Shown: in pieces, positions 30,452 through 40,492 of the stretch | How positions within the stretch are numbered: position 1 is the first letter of the stretch | How the letters are laid out: each line of letters opens with the position of its first letter | From: Bythopirellula sp. | GTDB taxonomy: Bacteria; Planctomycetota; Planctomycetia; Pirellulales; Lacipirellulaceae | Reading direction: 5' to 3' | Length of the DNA stretch: 64,000 nt | NCBI GenBank assembly: GCA_965216565.1 | Contig: OZ244170.1 | Coordinates: 4,896,001-4,960,000 of the forward strand | Notes under the pieces: model-generated | Told to the model about the DNA's origin: nothing | Databases searched by the model: none | What the model saw: the letters and a program-made list of their open reading frames with translations, nothing else | Program-made: the position numbers and the translations under genes

Positions 30452-31507
30452 TTACTCCTGCGGAGCAAGAATACGCAGCGTCCCCGCGTCGGCGTCGACT
30501 TCCACCATGCCACCCATCGGCATCGTGGCGTTCATTTTGTGATGGCCGACGGGGTAGTTCATTAATACGGGAATACCGAGAGGCTCGAAGTACTGCTTGA
30601 GCACGCCTTCCACGCTGAAGCGTTTGTCGTCGGTGAGCTGATCTTTTTCCCGGTCGTAGTTTTTAGTGAATTGCCCGAGGACCGCACCGCGCAGTGTTTG
30701 CAGTTTCCCTGCAAGTCGAAGCTGACACAACATCCGGTCGAGTCGGTAGGGGGCTTCGCGGGTGTCTTCGATCATCAAGATGGCATCCGTGGTATCAATC
30801 TCATAGGGCGTCCCGGTGAGCGCTGCGACGAGGGAGAGGTTTCCGCCGGTGAGCCGACCACGGGCTTTACCCGACCCCCAGGCAATCGGTTGCGGCACAT
30901 CGTCGCCTGTGGTTTCGATCGTGTAACTAGTGAGATGATCGTCCTGTTTCTCGACCGCTCGGAAGAGATACTTTTCTGTAAAGGGCTGCATGTAATCTTT
31001 GCTTCCCAAGCCGTACATCGGAACTGGGGAATGAAGCGTGACGAGCCCTGCATGGCGATTAATAGCTATGTGCAGCGCCGTAATATCACTAAAACCGATC
31101 AATAGTTTAGGGTTAGCACGGATGACGTCGTAATCGAGCGCATCGAGAATACGCATTGTCCCGTAGCCCCCTGTGCCGGGGAACACGGCGTCGACATTCG
31201 GGTCGGCAAACGCCTGCATCAGTTCCTCGCAACGCCGCTCGTCGGTGCCGGCCAAGTAGCCTTCTTCCGCGAAGAGATCGTCACGCTGCTTGATGTGATA
31301 GCCACGCTCTTCCAGCCGCTGTTTGGCACGAGCCATCCGATTGGGGTCGAGATCGCCTGCCGGGGCGACAAACATGATGGTATCGCCCGGTTCGATTTGC
31401 TGAGGCCAAATCATGGATAGCTCAGACTCAATATCCGCGGCCTGGGTGGCCCGGAGCGGAGTTGCCAAACAATAAACCGAAAAAACTACGGAAACGAGTG
31501 TTCTCAT
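30452..31507 (-). CDS. S66 family LD-carboxypeptidase with signal peptide
   Basis: YLAGTDERR, GGYG, GFSDIT, GRLTGGNL, IED, GH motifs. Confidence 0.9.
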   Translation of the reverse strand: MRTLVSVVFSVYCLATPLRATQAADIESELSMIWPQQIEPGDTIMFVAPAGDLDPNRMARAKQRLEERGYHIKQRDDLFAEEGYLAGTDERRCEELMQAFADPNVDAVFPGTGGYGTMRILDALDYDVIRANPKLLIGFSDITALHIAINRHAGLVTLHSPVPMYGLGSKDYMQPFTEKYLFRAVEKQDDHLTSYTIETTGDDVPQPIAWGSGKARGRLTGGNLSLVAALTGTPYEIDTTDAILMIEDTREAPYRLDRMLCQLRLAGKLQTLRGAVLGQFTKNYDREKDQLTDDKRFSVEGVLKQYFEPLGIPVLMNYPVGHHKMNATMPMGGMVEVDADAGTLRILAPQE

Positions 31508-31560
31508 TCGGAAATTACCTTTTGACTTTGTGTTGAGTTGCAAAATTGATTCTTACACTG

Positions 31561-31607
31561 AAATTCCCCTCCTTGAGTCCCTTCCCGAAAACAGGGGAAG
31601 TGAATTT
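31561..31607. repeat. Degenerate palindromic intergenic repeat
   Basis: AAATTCCCCTCC...CTTCCCGAAAACAGGGGAAGTGAATTT, resembles 46747-46790. Confidence 0.5.
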
Positions 31608-31619
31608 TGGGGTTGGCAC

Positions 31620-33101
31620 TCAGCTCTTCGCTGCCGGGTCGATGCCATCGACCCAATCGCCTTCCAGTTGTTGGAAATCTTTCGGATACAACACGCTCCC
31701 CTTGTCGCCTGCCGACCAACCGGCAACGTGCCTCGCCGCAGTTCTGTTCTCTGACATCGATTCCCACTGATCGGCCCAGTCAGGGTTTCCTTCGCTGACG
31801 GTCAGGGTAGCCGGATCGAAATGGAAGACCTTGCCCTGGCGATAACTTTGCGAACCTAGCTTGACGATCACCATGGCCGCGGCCCCCAGTTCGGGATCGC
31901 ACTTCACCTGGTCTGGCTGACCGGCGATTGCTGCCTGACAGAAGTTTTCGAAGTGGGTGAAATGGGTGTCTTCGATTTTGTCGACCTTGATCTCCTCATT
32001 CTTAATACTGCTATCGTGCGTCACTTGCGGACGTTCGGCGACAAACTTGTAGCCCTCGAACTGCTCGCCGGTGCCAAACACGAACGAGCCGTGATGTCCA
32101 CGAATCACCTGGTTGATGGGAGTTTCCTGACAACACATGGTGGCGGTGACAAATCCCTGTACGCCTTCGTGAAAGTCGGCCACGACCGTCGCAACGTCCG
32201 GTACGTCGCGACCATCGTACTCCAGGAAGATACCGCCCGACCCGGTCACCCGCCCAGGAAACCGCAACCCCGTAGCCGCCAGCATGGAAGTGGTACGGTG
32301 CACAAACAAATCGGTAAAGAGCCCCGAGCCAAATGGCCAGTAGCAACGCCACTGCGCAAACTTGGCCCGATTGAAGGGCATCTCCGGGGCTAAGTCGAAC
32401 TCAGTTCCCAAAAACATTTTCCAATCGATGTGTTTAGGTGTCATATCTTTGGTCAGTTCGTAGTACCTCCACTGACCCATGTCTGAATTGCGGAAGATCT
32501 CGGTTTGGTACTGCACCATTTTGCCGAGTTTTCCCTCAGTAATCTTGCGACGCGCGTCCTCCCAAATCGGCAATTGAGTTGACTGGACGCCTACCTGCAT
32601 CACCAAGCCCGAGTCTTTCCAAGCCTTGTGCACGGCCAGGGCTTCGTCGACGGTATGCGTCATCGGTTTCTCGCAGTACACATGCTTGCCGGCTGCAAGA
32701 GCATCGAGTGTTTGCCGGGCATGCCAGTGATCGGGGGTGCTGATCACCACCGCGTCGATCGACTTGTCGTTGATAATGTCGCGGTAGTCCTCACATACTT
32801 TTGGCTCATGTTTTGTCCCCTCCAAAATCTTATCGACAGCCCGGGTCCGATAACGATCGAAGACATCGCAGACCGAGGCAATTTCGATTGTCTTCTGTTC
32901 CTGCTGGATTCGCATCGCCGACTTCAAATGCATCTGACAACGGCCACCCAAACCGATGAATCCCAATCGCAACCGATCAGCAGCATCAGGGGACTTCTCC
33001 TCTGCGGCTGCCATAACGCTCGCAGAGGCAGCTAACGCGGCCGTCGCAGTCGAAGCCTGGATGAAGTCTCTTCGCGAAACGGAGGGCTGTTTCGTTTTCA
33101 T
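31620..33101 (-). CDS. Tat-exported Gfo/Idh/MocA family oxidoreductase
   Basis: SRRDFI Tat motif; GFIGLGGR; ISTPDHWH; HVYCEKP. Confidence 0.92.
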   Translation of the reverse strand: MKTKQPSVSRRDFIQASTATAALAASASVMAAAEEKSPDAADRLRLGFIGLGGRCQMHLKSAMRIQQEQKTIEIASVCDVFDRYRTRAVDKILEGTKHEPKVCEDYRDIINDKSIDAVVISTPDHWHARQTLDALAAGKHVYCEKPMTHTVDEALAVHKAWKDSGLVMQVGVQSTQLPIWEDARRKITEGKLGKMVQYQTEIFRNSDMGQWRYYELTKDMTPKHIDWKMFLGTEFDLAPEMPFNRAKFAQWRCYWPFGSGLFTDLFVHRTTSMLAATGLRFPGRVTGSGGIFLEYDGRDVPDVATVVADFHEGVQGFVTATMCCQETPINQVIRGHHGSFVFGTGEQFEGYKFVAERPQVTHDSSIKNEEIKVDKIEDTHFTHFENFCQAAIAGQPDQVKCDPELGAAAMVIVKLGSQSYRQGKVFHFDPATLTVSEGNPDWADQWESMSENRTAARHVAGWSAGDKGSVLYPKDFQQLEGDWVDGIDPAAKS

Positions 33102-33277
33102 ATTTCTAAATCTCATAAAGTACCGAACGGTTGCGAGGACAGCCTAATAGTGTAATAGTTTTAGCCAGAGAATCCGATTCGCTATTGCGCACAGCATTAC
33201 AGCAGATGCGCAATATTAAATGGATGAAGACTTGCAGCAAAACAGCTTAGTTCTCATCGAGACGTAGGCTAGATCAT

Positions 33278-34228
33278 ATGACGAAATCTCTGAATCTCAA
33301 TCAACGCGCCGCTAGTGTGTGCGATGAAATGGCCTCGCGCGCCGGCGAATTGGGAATTGCAGTTGAAGAATCGGCCGCTGGCACGCGCCTGTTCGATTGT
33401 GGGATCAAACAGCCAGGAAGTCGCGAGGCTGGATTGCTGCTCGCCAAGGTTTGTCTGGCCGACCTGGGGGACGTCGCCATTTTGCCAGCAGAATCTTGGC
33501 CGAGGGTTGTGGTGAAAACTTCTCAGCCCGTGGCGGCTTGCATGGCCTCGCAGTACGCGGGCTGGGAGATTAAAGGCCAAGACTATTTCGCCATGGGCTC
33601 AGGTCCCATGCGAGCTGCGTCCGCACGTGAACCACTGTTCAAAGATATCGGCTACAGGGAATCTGCCGATCAATGTGTGGGTGTCCTGGAAGCAGCCCAA
33701 CTTCCCTCGCAAGATGTGTGCCGGGATATTGCTGAAAAGTGTGGTGTCGCGGCTGATTGTTTAACCCTGCTAGTTGCCCCAACAAGTAGTATCGCCGGCA
33801 CTCTGCAAGTTGTCGCCCGCAGTGTCGAGACGGCCTTGCACAAACTTCACGAACTGGGGTTTGATCTCTCAAGAATCGAACAAGCGAGTGGCTCCGCGCC
33901 CCTTCCGCCGGTGGCGAGCGATGATCTTGCTGCGATTGGATTGACGAATGATGCAATTCTCTACGGTGCCAAAGTGATACTAAGTGTCCGCGGCGACGAC
34001 CAATCGCTTATTGACATTGGTCCCCAAGTGCCCAGTTCGGCGTCTGCTGACTTCGGCCTGCCCTTCGGCGAAGTGCTGGCCAAGTACAACAATGATTTCT
34101 ATCAGGTCGACCCATTGCTCTTTAGCGCTGCCGTCGTGCAGTTCGAGAATCTCGACACAGGCGAAACTCACCGTTTTGGGGAACTCCGTAAGGACATCAT
34201 TCGTCGTAGCTTTGCTAAATCTCCATAG
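33278..34228 (+). CDS. mch: Methenyltetrahydromethanopterin cyclohydrolase
   Basis: ACMASQYAGW, AMGSGPMRA, QVVARSVETALHK, TNDAILYG. Confidence 0.95.
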   Translation: MTKSLNLNQRAASVCDEMASRAGELGIAVEESAAGTRLFDCGIKQPGSREAGLLLAKVCLADLGDVAILPAESWPRVVVKTSQPVAACMASQYAGWEIKGQDYFAMGSGPMRAASAREPLFKDIGYRESADQCVGVLEAAQLPSQDVCRDIAEKCGVAADCLTLLVAPTSSIAGTLQVVARSVETALHKLHELGFDLSRIEQASGSAPLPPVASDDLAAIGLTNDAILYGAKVILSVRGDDQSLIDIGPQVPSSASADFGLPFGEVLAKYNNDFYQVDPLLFSAAVVQFENLDTGETHRFGELRKDIIRRSFAKSP

Positions 34229-34245
34229 AACTCGAGTTGGTCCGC

Positions 34246-35124
34246 ATGCGCATCGCAATTCTAGGCTCCCCTCAGAGTTGGTATGTTGACGACCTGAAAC
34301 GGGCCGCCGGTAGTGGAGATGAAATATTTTCAGTTAGTTATGATCAGCTTCACTCGTTAATCGAGCCCAGCGCCATTCAGGTTTCGTCAGGTCCTGAGAA
34401 CCTGGCCCTCTGCGATGCCGTGCTGGTACGGACGATGCCGCCCGGTAGCTTGGAGCAAGTAGTGTTTCGTATGGATGCACTGGCACAGTTAGAGACGGCC
34501 GGCGTGCGCGTGGTCAATGCCCCAAAGGCCATCGAGGTCGCGGTCGACAAATACCTGGCTAGTGCCCGACTCCAGCAGGGAGGGCTGCTCGTTCCCAAAA
34601 CGATCGCCTGTCAAACTGTCGACCAGGCCAGCGCCGGATTTGAATTGCTAAATGGCGATGTTGTGGTGAAACCGATCTTCGGCGGCGAAGGGAGAGGCAT
34701 TTCGCGATTTACCGACTTAGCCACCGCCCAATCCGCTTTCGAAGAATTGGAAGCGCAGGGTTCAGTGATCTATCTGCAGGAATTTGTTGACCACGAGGGG
34801 CACGATCTGCGCTTGCTGGTCGTAGGCAATAAAGTGTTGGGCATGAAACGATCGAACCCCGACGACTGGCGTACCAACATCAGTCGCGGCGCTCGCGCCG
34901 AGCCCTTGGAAGTTACTGCGGAACTGGCAGAGATTGCGTGTTGCGCAGCGGGCGCAGTTGGTGCGGAGATTGCCGGTGTCGATTTGCTACCCGCCCAAGA
35001 TGGCAGGCTCTACGCCTTAGAGGTCAATGCCGTCCCTGGTTGGCGGGCATTGGCAGGTTGTACGGGCGTTGACGTTGCACGACTGGTGCTGGAGCAATTG
35101 GCGATCGACATCCTTGCCGAATAG
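34246..35124 (+). CDS. RimK-family ATP-grasp glutamate ligase (H4MPT/methanofuran cluster type)
   Basis: GSLEQVVFRMDAL, VVKPIFGGEGRG, WRTNISRG, LEVNAVPGW; adjacent to mch. Confidence 0.9.
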   Translation: MRIAILGSPQSWYVDDLKRAAGSGDEIFSVSYDQLHSLIEPSAIQVSSGPENLALCDAVLVRTMPPGSLEQVVFRMDALAQLETAGVRVVNAPKAIEVAVDKYLASARLQQGGLLVPKTIACQTVDQASAGFELLNGDVVVKPIFGGEGRGISRFTDLATAQSAFEELEAQGSVIYLQEFVDHEGHDLRLLVVGNKVLGMKRSNPDDWRTNISRGARAEPLEVTAELAEIACCAAGAVGAEIAGVDLLPAQDGRLYALEVNAVPGWRALAGCTGVDVARLVLEQLAIDILAE

Positions 35125-35202
35125 TTGATTCCCCGAAAAATTTTGTCGAGAATAGCATTTCTAATCTGCATGTCGAATCGTCCTATTGGGGAGTCTGTTT
35201 GA

Positions 35203-37275
35203 ATGTCCTGGCTTGCTTGCGAACTCCAGAAGTCTGTCACCTTGTTGTTGCTTTTTGTACTTGGGTTGTGGAGTCTGGAAAGCATTGCCGCTGAGTCGCG
35301 GATTTGGTCGGATAAGAGCGGCAAATACCAGATCAAGGCGAAGTTTGTCGACGTGAAAGATGGCAACGTGCGGCTGGAGCGTCCCAATGGCGACATCACC
35401 TCGGTCCCCCTCGCAAAACTTAGCAAAGACGACCAACTCTTCATCCGCAAGGCCAACAAGACGCAGAAGGTTGAGAAGAAGCGAGACTCAGGCCTCCAAG
35501 TTGGCGACCGGGTCGAGGCGAAGCATTTTCGCAAGTGGGAGATCGGTACGGTCACCTCGATCGATTACGAATGGGAAACGGCAAAGGTAAAACTAGACAA
35601 CGGGCGCACCAGTATGGAATGGCCCAAAGACATGGATGAACTCCGCTATCCTGGCACAGACAGGCAGCCCGTTCTCCAAAAAACTGCAGATCCCTCGAAC
35701 TCTGAGCTTGCCGACAAACTAGAGCTCACGATCACTGATACCTCGGACATGGCAAATCTATTGGCCGACGCCCCGGTTGGTGGGAGCCTCACGCCCGATC
35801 CAATGCAGCGAGGTTCGGGAGGTTGGAATCCTCGAGCCATCCGTCTCAGTTCGCCGAATGACTTTTTCGAGCAGATATCCGATTTTTCAGTCTCAGGCTC
35901 AGACCCTCCGCTGGCGATTGTCGTCTACGAAGGTCATTCCCGGGGTCGACGCAATGAGGATCCTGCGCGGATCGAACTAGTCGATCTGGTAACCAGAAAA
36001 CAAGTCGTGACTGGTGCTGCTCCCCCAAACACCAAGAAAGCGATCCTGTCCCCCGCGGGGACCAAGATTGCTACTATTCCAGAAGTCCTGGGCGCGAACG
36101 AAGGAACGGGCCAAATAGATTTCTGGAAGATCGATGGTAAGAATGTCGACCATTGGATTAGCTTCGCGCCGTACCGGCAGTACGCCTGGCCCAATTTGGA
36201 TGTGGAATGGATGGATTGGGTCGACGAGGAGCATGTGCTTACCACCAATCAAGAAGGCAAAACTATCCTGTGGCAAGTTGAGAAGGCGAAAGCAGTTTAC
36301 GAGTTGCTAACTGGGAGAGGTTCGAAACCAATTCTCAGCCATGGCAGGAAGCAGCTTATTGTGCCCGCCAGTGATGGACTGCAAATCTTCGAAGCGAAGA
36401 CGGGTGAAACGCTCGCTCAAGTGGGCAGCGGCAACTTTCAATACGCCAGCCTGGCCCTCTCCCCAGATGGCAAGCAACTCGCAGCAGCCAAGTCAGACTT
36501 TATCGACATTGTTGATCTCATGACAGGCGAGACGGTCAAGTCTTTCCCATGTGAAGGGGCACATCAAAACGCGAATCTATGGTGGATCGATCAAGATCAT
36601 CTGTTCGTCAACAACAAATATATAGTTGATGTCGCACGGCGCTTTGTTGCCTGGCAGTACGATGTCGACAGTCGCTTTGTCAAACCGTCTCTCGGCACGC
36701 AGTGGGCTTTGCTCGAAAATCGGGGGAGTGGACTGCGGGTCTTGCAGCCGTTTGAGCTACCGCCCCCGGAGGCCCAGAGTGCGATGTCGGGAATCAGCGA
36801 GGAGCAATTATTAGCCGTCAAACCCGGGGCAGCGATTAGCATCAAAGTCCAAATCAACGACGCGCTACTGAGAGATGATGTCGAGGCTGCCTTGAAAGAA
36901 TCGCTGATTGCCGCGGGGATGGAGGTTGGCGAGGGTGGTCCACTGCAACTAATCGCCCGCATGGAAAGTGGCGAACGAGTGACCCTCAACTACCGTAGCT
37001 TTAGCGCCTTCGATCGCACCAACGAAAAGATCGACGTAACGACGCGCGTTTACAAACTTGAGTTGCTCCAAGATGGTGTGCCCATCTGGAATCGCACGTC
37101 CAAACAATCTCCTCCTCATTTTTTACGACTACAGGAGGGTGAGTCGATTCGCGCCGGCATAGCTCGTGTCATGAAACCCAACAGTGGTAGTTTTCGGGGC
37201 AGGCTTCCTTCTTACGTCGTAAAGCCCGAATATCGCGAGCCGCAGGGCACGTCGAAGCTTTCGGTGGCAAATTAA
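35203..37275 (+). CDS. Exported protein with SHD1 domain and beta-propeller-like region
   Basis: RIWSDKSGKYQIKAKF...VPLAKLSKDDQ; LSPAGTKIA and LSPDGKQLAA repeats. Confidence 0.75.
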   Translation: MSWLACELQKSVTLLLLFVLGLWSLESIAAESRIWSDKSGKYQIKAKFVDVKDGNVRLERPNGDITSVPLAKLSKDDQLFIRKANKTQKVEKKRDSGLQVGDRVEAKHFRKWEIGTVTSIDYEWETAKVKLDNGRTSMEWPKDMDELRYPGTDRQPVLQKTADPSNSELADKLELTITDTSDMANLLADAPVGGSLTPDPMQRGSGGWNPRAIRLSSPNDFFEQISDFSVSGSDPPLAIVVYEGHSRGRRNEDPARIELVDLVTRKQVVTGAAPPNTKKAILSPAGTKIATIPEVLGANEGTGQIDFWKIDGKNVDHWISFAPYRQYAWPNLDVEWMDWVDEEHVLTTNQEGKTILWQVEKAKAVYELLTGRGSKPILSHGRKQLIVPASDGLQIFEAKTGETLAQVGSGNFQYASLALSPDGKQLAAAKSDFIDIVDLMTGETVKSFPCEGAHQNANLWWIDQDHLFVNNKYIVDVARRFVAWQYDVDSRFVKPSLGTQWALLENRGSGLRVLQPFELPPPEAQSAMSGISEEQLLAVKPGAAISIKVQINDALLRDDVEAALKESLIAAGMEVGEGGPLQLIARMESGERVTLNYRSFSAFDRTNEKIDVTTRVYKLELLQDGVPIWNRTSKQSPPHFLRLQEGESIRAGIARVMKPNSGSFRGRLPSYVVKPEYREPQGTSKLSVAN

Positions 37276-37475
37276 CCCAACTTGTGGGTGCTTTTCTTGC
37301 AAGATTCTCCTATTCGCAGCGAATAGCTGTTGATATCTGACAAAATACGACGGCGAAGTTTGCAAAAATTGGGGACATTCCGCAGGGAATCTGTGCCGCC
37401 GACTTCGCGATCTGATGGCAAAGTGGCTACACTTTGGGGGTGCGAACACTTCTGCTGGCCGAGAGGAGGTTGGTG

Positions 37476-38162
37476 ATGCTTTACACAATCTTTCTTTTCA
37501 CCGCGCTCATTGGCGGCACCGTCATGGTGTGCCAGTTTTTGATGACGATGCTTGGCTTGAGCGATGCCGACGGGGGCTTCGGAGATGTCGACGGCGGTGA
37601 CTTTGGTGCCGACGTGGGAGACTTTGATGCCGCTGCGGATGTCGACATCGATGCCGACTTCGATGTCGAAGGCGATCATCAGACCTCGATGCACCATGCA
37701 GCCGATGCGGATGTCGATCACCCGGCGAGTGCCCGTTTGTTCCAAGTCCTTTCGTTCCGGGCTGTCGTTGCAGCGCTCACGTTTTTTGGACTGGGTGGTT
37801 TAGGGGCGCTTTCCAAGGGCTATTCACCCACGATTGCCCTGATGATTGCCGCACTCGCCGGTTGTACTGCGCTTTACGGAATGTACCGACTTATGAAAGC
37901 CATCTACTCGTTTCAGAGTTCAGGAAATGTCAACCTGCGAAACGCTGTAGGCCGAGCAGCTAAGATCTACGTACCCGTGCCCGCCTCGGGCGACGGGAAA
38001 GGCAAAGTATTGCTCACCGTGCAAGGCCGCACGATGGAATTGGAAGCGGTGACTGACGAACCACAGAATCTCTCCACCGGCGAAGATGTCGTGGTGGAGC
38101 ACATCATCGGCGACGACGTCGTAAAAGTTGCTCGTCGCACTGCAGCAACTATGGAAGTGTGA
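37476..38162 (+). CDS. NfeD-like membrane protein with Asp-rich loop
   Basis: GAGGAGG upstream; TM helices; VYxxVP-type and GKGKV C-terminal motifs; precedes flotillin. Confidence 0.8.
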   Translation: MLYTIFLFTALIGGTVMVCQFLMTMLGLSDADGGFGDVDGGDFGADVGDFDAAADVDIDADFDVEGDHQTSMHHAADADVDHPASARLFQVLSFRAVVAALTFFGLGGLGALSKGYSPTIALMIAALAGCTALYGMYRLMKAIYSFQSSGNVNLRNAVGRAAKIYVPVPASGDGKGKVLLTVQGRTMELEAVTDEPQNLSTGEDVVVEHIIGDDVVKVARRTAATMEV

Positions 38163-38209
38163 AGAGCGTACACATTACCGTTCACTGGGCCTTATAGAAG
38201 GGGGAGACG

Positions 38210-39856
38210 ATGAACGTTCATACACAATTGATTTTTGCAGAGATCCCATTCGAAGTTATTCTTGGGGCCGTCATCGTTTTTGTGGTGCTGGCTTTCTTTG
38301 GCATGATCATTCTGCTGAAGACGAATTACAAACGTTGTAGCAGCAACCAAATCTTGGTGATTTTCGGTAAAACGCTCAAAGGGCAGGCTGCCAAGACAGT
38401 TCACGGTGGCGCGGCGTTTGTCGTTCCGCTCTTGCAGGACTATCGCTATTTAAGCCTGGAGCCGATCCAGATCGAAATCCCGCTCCGCGGTGCGCTCTCC
38501 ATTGAAAACATCCGCGTCAACGTCCCCAGTGTGTTCACCGTGGCAATCGGTACAACGCCCGACGTGATGAGCAATGCCGCGATTCGCTTACTCGATCTTT
38601 CCACCCAAGAAGTGCGCAAACAGGCCGAGGAAATTATCTTTGGCCAATTGCGGCAGGTTGTCGCGTCGATGGGCATCGAAGACATCAATCGCGATCGTGA
38701 TGCGTTCTTGCAGCACATTCAAAACTCGGTTGAACCGGAGCTGAAGAAAATCGGCTTGGTGCTTATCAATGTAAACATCACCGACATTACCGACGAGAGC
38801 GGCTATATCGACGCCATCGGACAGAAGGCAGCGTCGCAAGCTATCCAGCAGGCACGTGGTGATGTGGCCGACGAGGTGAAAGCGGGTGAGATCCGCGTAG
38901 CCGATGCCAACCGCGAGAAGGCTGTGGAAGTGGCTAACGCAACCAAGCTGCGTGAGATCGGCACTCGGGAAGCAGAGCGAGAGCAAGCGGTGCGGGTTGC
39001 CACGCTTGAAAAAGAACAAACGGTCGGCGAACAAACTGCTGCTTTTGAGCGCGAAGTGCAAGTGAAACAAGCCGAGCAGGAAATGCGTATCTCTGTAGCC
39101 GATGCGAATGCGTTGGCCGTCGATGGCGAGAATATTGCTGAGGCCAAGGTGGCCCAGTCGCAGGCAACTCTGCTCACCGAACGGGCTGAGGCTTACGAAC
39201 GCGGCGAGACCCGCAAACGCGAAGCCGAAGCGGCCGTACTCGAGGTGGAGAACCGCGCCATGGCCAAAGCGGCGTTGGCCGAGGCGGAGAAGATCGAAGC
39301 GGAGAAACGTGCTGAGGTCGAGGCACCTGCCAAAGCCGAGAAGGCCCGTATCGTGGTCGAAGCCGAGGCAGAAGCAGAGAAACGACGACTCGAAGCCGAA
39401 GGTGCCGCCGCGGCCATCTACTCCAAGCTCGAAGCGGAAGCCCGCGGTCAGTATGAAATTCTGGCCAAAAAGGGCGAAGGCCTCAAGCAGATTGTCGAAG
39501 CGTGCGGTGGCGCCAAAGAAGCGTTCCAACTGATGATGCTCGAACATCTCGACAACCTGGCCGACTCGTCTGCCAAGGCGATTTCCAACATCAAGTTCGA
39601 CAAAGTCGTGGTGTGGGAAAACGGCGGCAGCAATGGCCGCAGCAACACCGCGGACTTTTTGAACAAGATGGCTGGCACCTTGCCCCCGATGATGCAGGTG
39701 ATGCGCGATATCGGTGGCGTGGAAATTCCCGAGAGCCTGGCCAAACTGTCCGGCGAAGAACCAGTTGCCACGCCTGAAGGTAACGGTCGAGCCAAGGTGC
39801 ACGAATCGGTTGAGGAGTCGGTCGCCGAACGCCCGATTCCACCAAAGGCGAAGTAA
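38210..39856 (+). CDS. Flotillin/SPFH domain protein
   Basis: N-terminal TM; HGGAAFVVPLLQDY; SPFH region; AE-rich coiled coil. Confidence 0.92.
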   Translation: MNVHTQLIFAEIPFEVILGAVIVFVVLAFFGMIILLKTNYKRCSSNQILVIFGKTLKGQAAKTVHGGAAFVVPLLQDYRYLSLEPIQIEIPLRGALSIENIRVNVPSVFTVAIGTTPDVMSNAAIRLLDLSTQEVRKQAEEIIFGQLRQVVASMGIEDINRDRDAFLQHIQNSVEPELKKIGLVLINVNITDITDESGYIDAIGQKAASQAIQQARGDVADEVKAGEIRVADANREKAVEVANATKLREIGTREAEREQAVRVATLEKEQTVGEQTAAFEREVQVKQAEQEMRISVADANALAVDGENIAEAKVAQSQATLLTERAEAYERGETRKREAEAAVLEVENRAMAKAALAEAEKIEAEKRAEVEAPAKAEKARIVVEAEAEAEKRRLEAEGAAAAIYSKLEAEARGQYEILAKKGEGLKQIVEACGGAKEAFQLMMLEHLDNLADSSAKAISNIKFDKVVVWENGGSNGRSNTADFLNKMAGTLPPMMQVMRDIGGVEIPESLAKLSGEEPVATPEGNGRAKVHESVEESVAERPIPPKAK

Positions 39857-39901
39857 CTTGTTCCCCGTGATCTGCTCAGTAGCAGATGGAAAACCCTGAC
39901 C

Positions 39902-40345
39902 ATGACTGCGACAACTGCCAACCCAACTGCCCTTGAGAAATGTCGGGAGTGTACTCACCAAGTTAGCGATTCCGCGCTAGCTTGCCCCAACTGCGGAGCG
40001 GCTTTTCCGGCGCGGAAGAAATGGGATGGCTGGGGATACGAGTACAAGTCGAAGGCCAACATCTTCGGCATCCCACTACTTCATATCTCGTTCAAGTACC
40101 GACGCAAGAATGGCATCCCCGTGCCCGTGGTGGCACGGGGAGTCATCTCCATCGGCCAATTCGGAATCGGTGTGATCAACATTTCGCAATTCGGCATCGG
40201 CCTGTTCAGCTTAGCGCAGTTTACCATTGCTCGATACGCCATCGCCCAATTCGCCATCGCCCGCTACGCGCTGTGCCAGATGGGACTAGTGCACGAAGGC
40301 CTGGGCATGCAACTACTCTTCTTGAAAGATCTTTTTGGGATGTAG
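39902..40345 (+). CDS. Zinc-ribbon membrane protein with IxQFxI repeats
   Basis: CREC...CPNCG; ARGVISIGQFGIG repeats. Confidence 0.75.
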   Translation: MTATTANPTALEKCRECTHQVSDSALACPNCGAAFPARKKWDGWGYEYKSKANIFGIPLLHISFKYRRKNGIPVPVVARGVISIGQFGIGVINISQFGIGLFSLAQFTIARYAIAQFAIARYALCQMGLVHEGLGMQLLFLKDLFGM

Positions 40346-40492
40346 AAAGAAGCCGCAGTTTTCAGGCGAAAGACGATACTAAACTTTAGCCGCGAGCCTA
40401 CGACTCCCCGGTGCCGTACGCCGCGTAGTGTCTTAGGTGGGTTCGGTGTTGGTGTGGTTCACGTGCGCAACGCAGTGTGCCACAATGGTGCG

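Noticed and set aside
38588..39961. 457-aa minus-strand ORF
   Set aside because: Antisense shadow of the flotillin gene; no motifs
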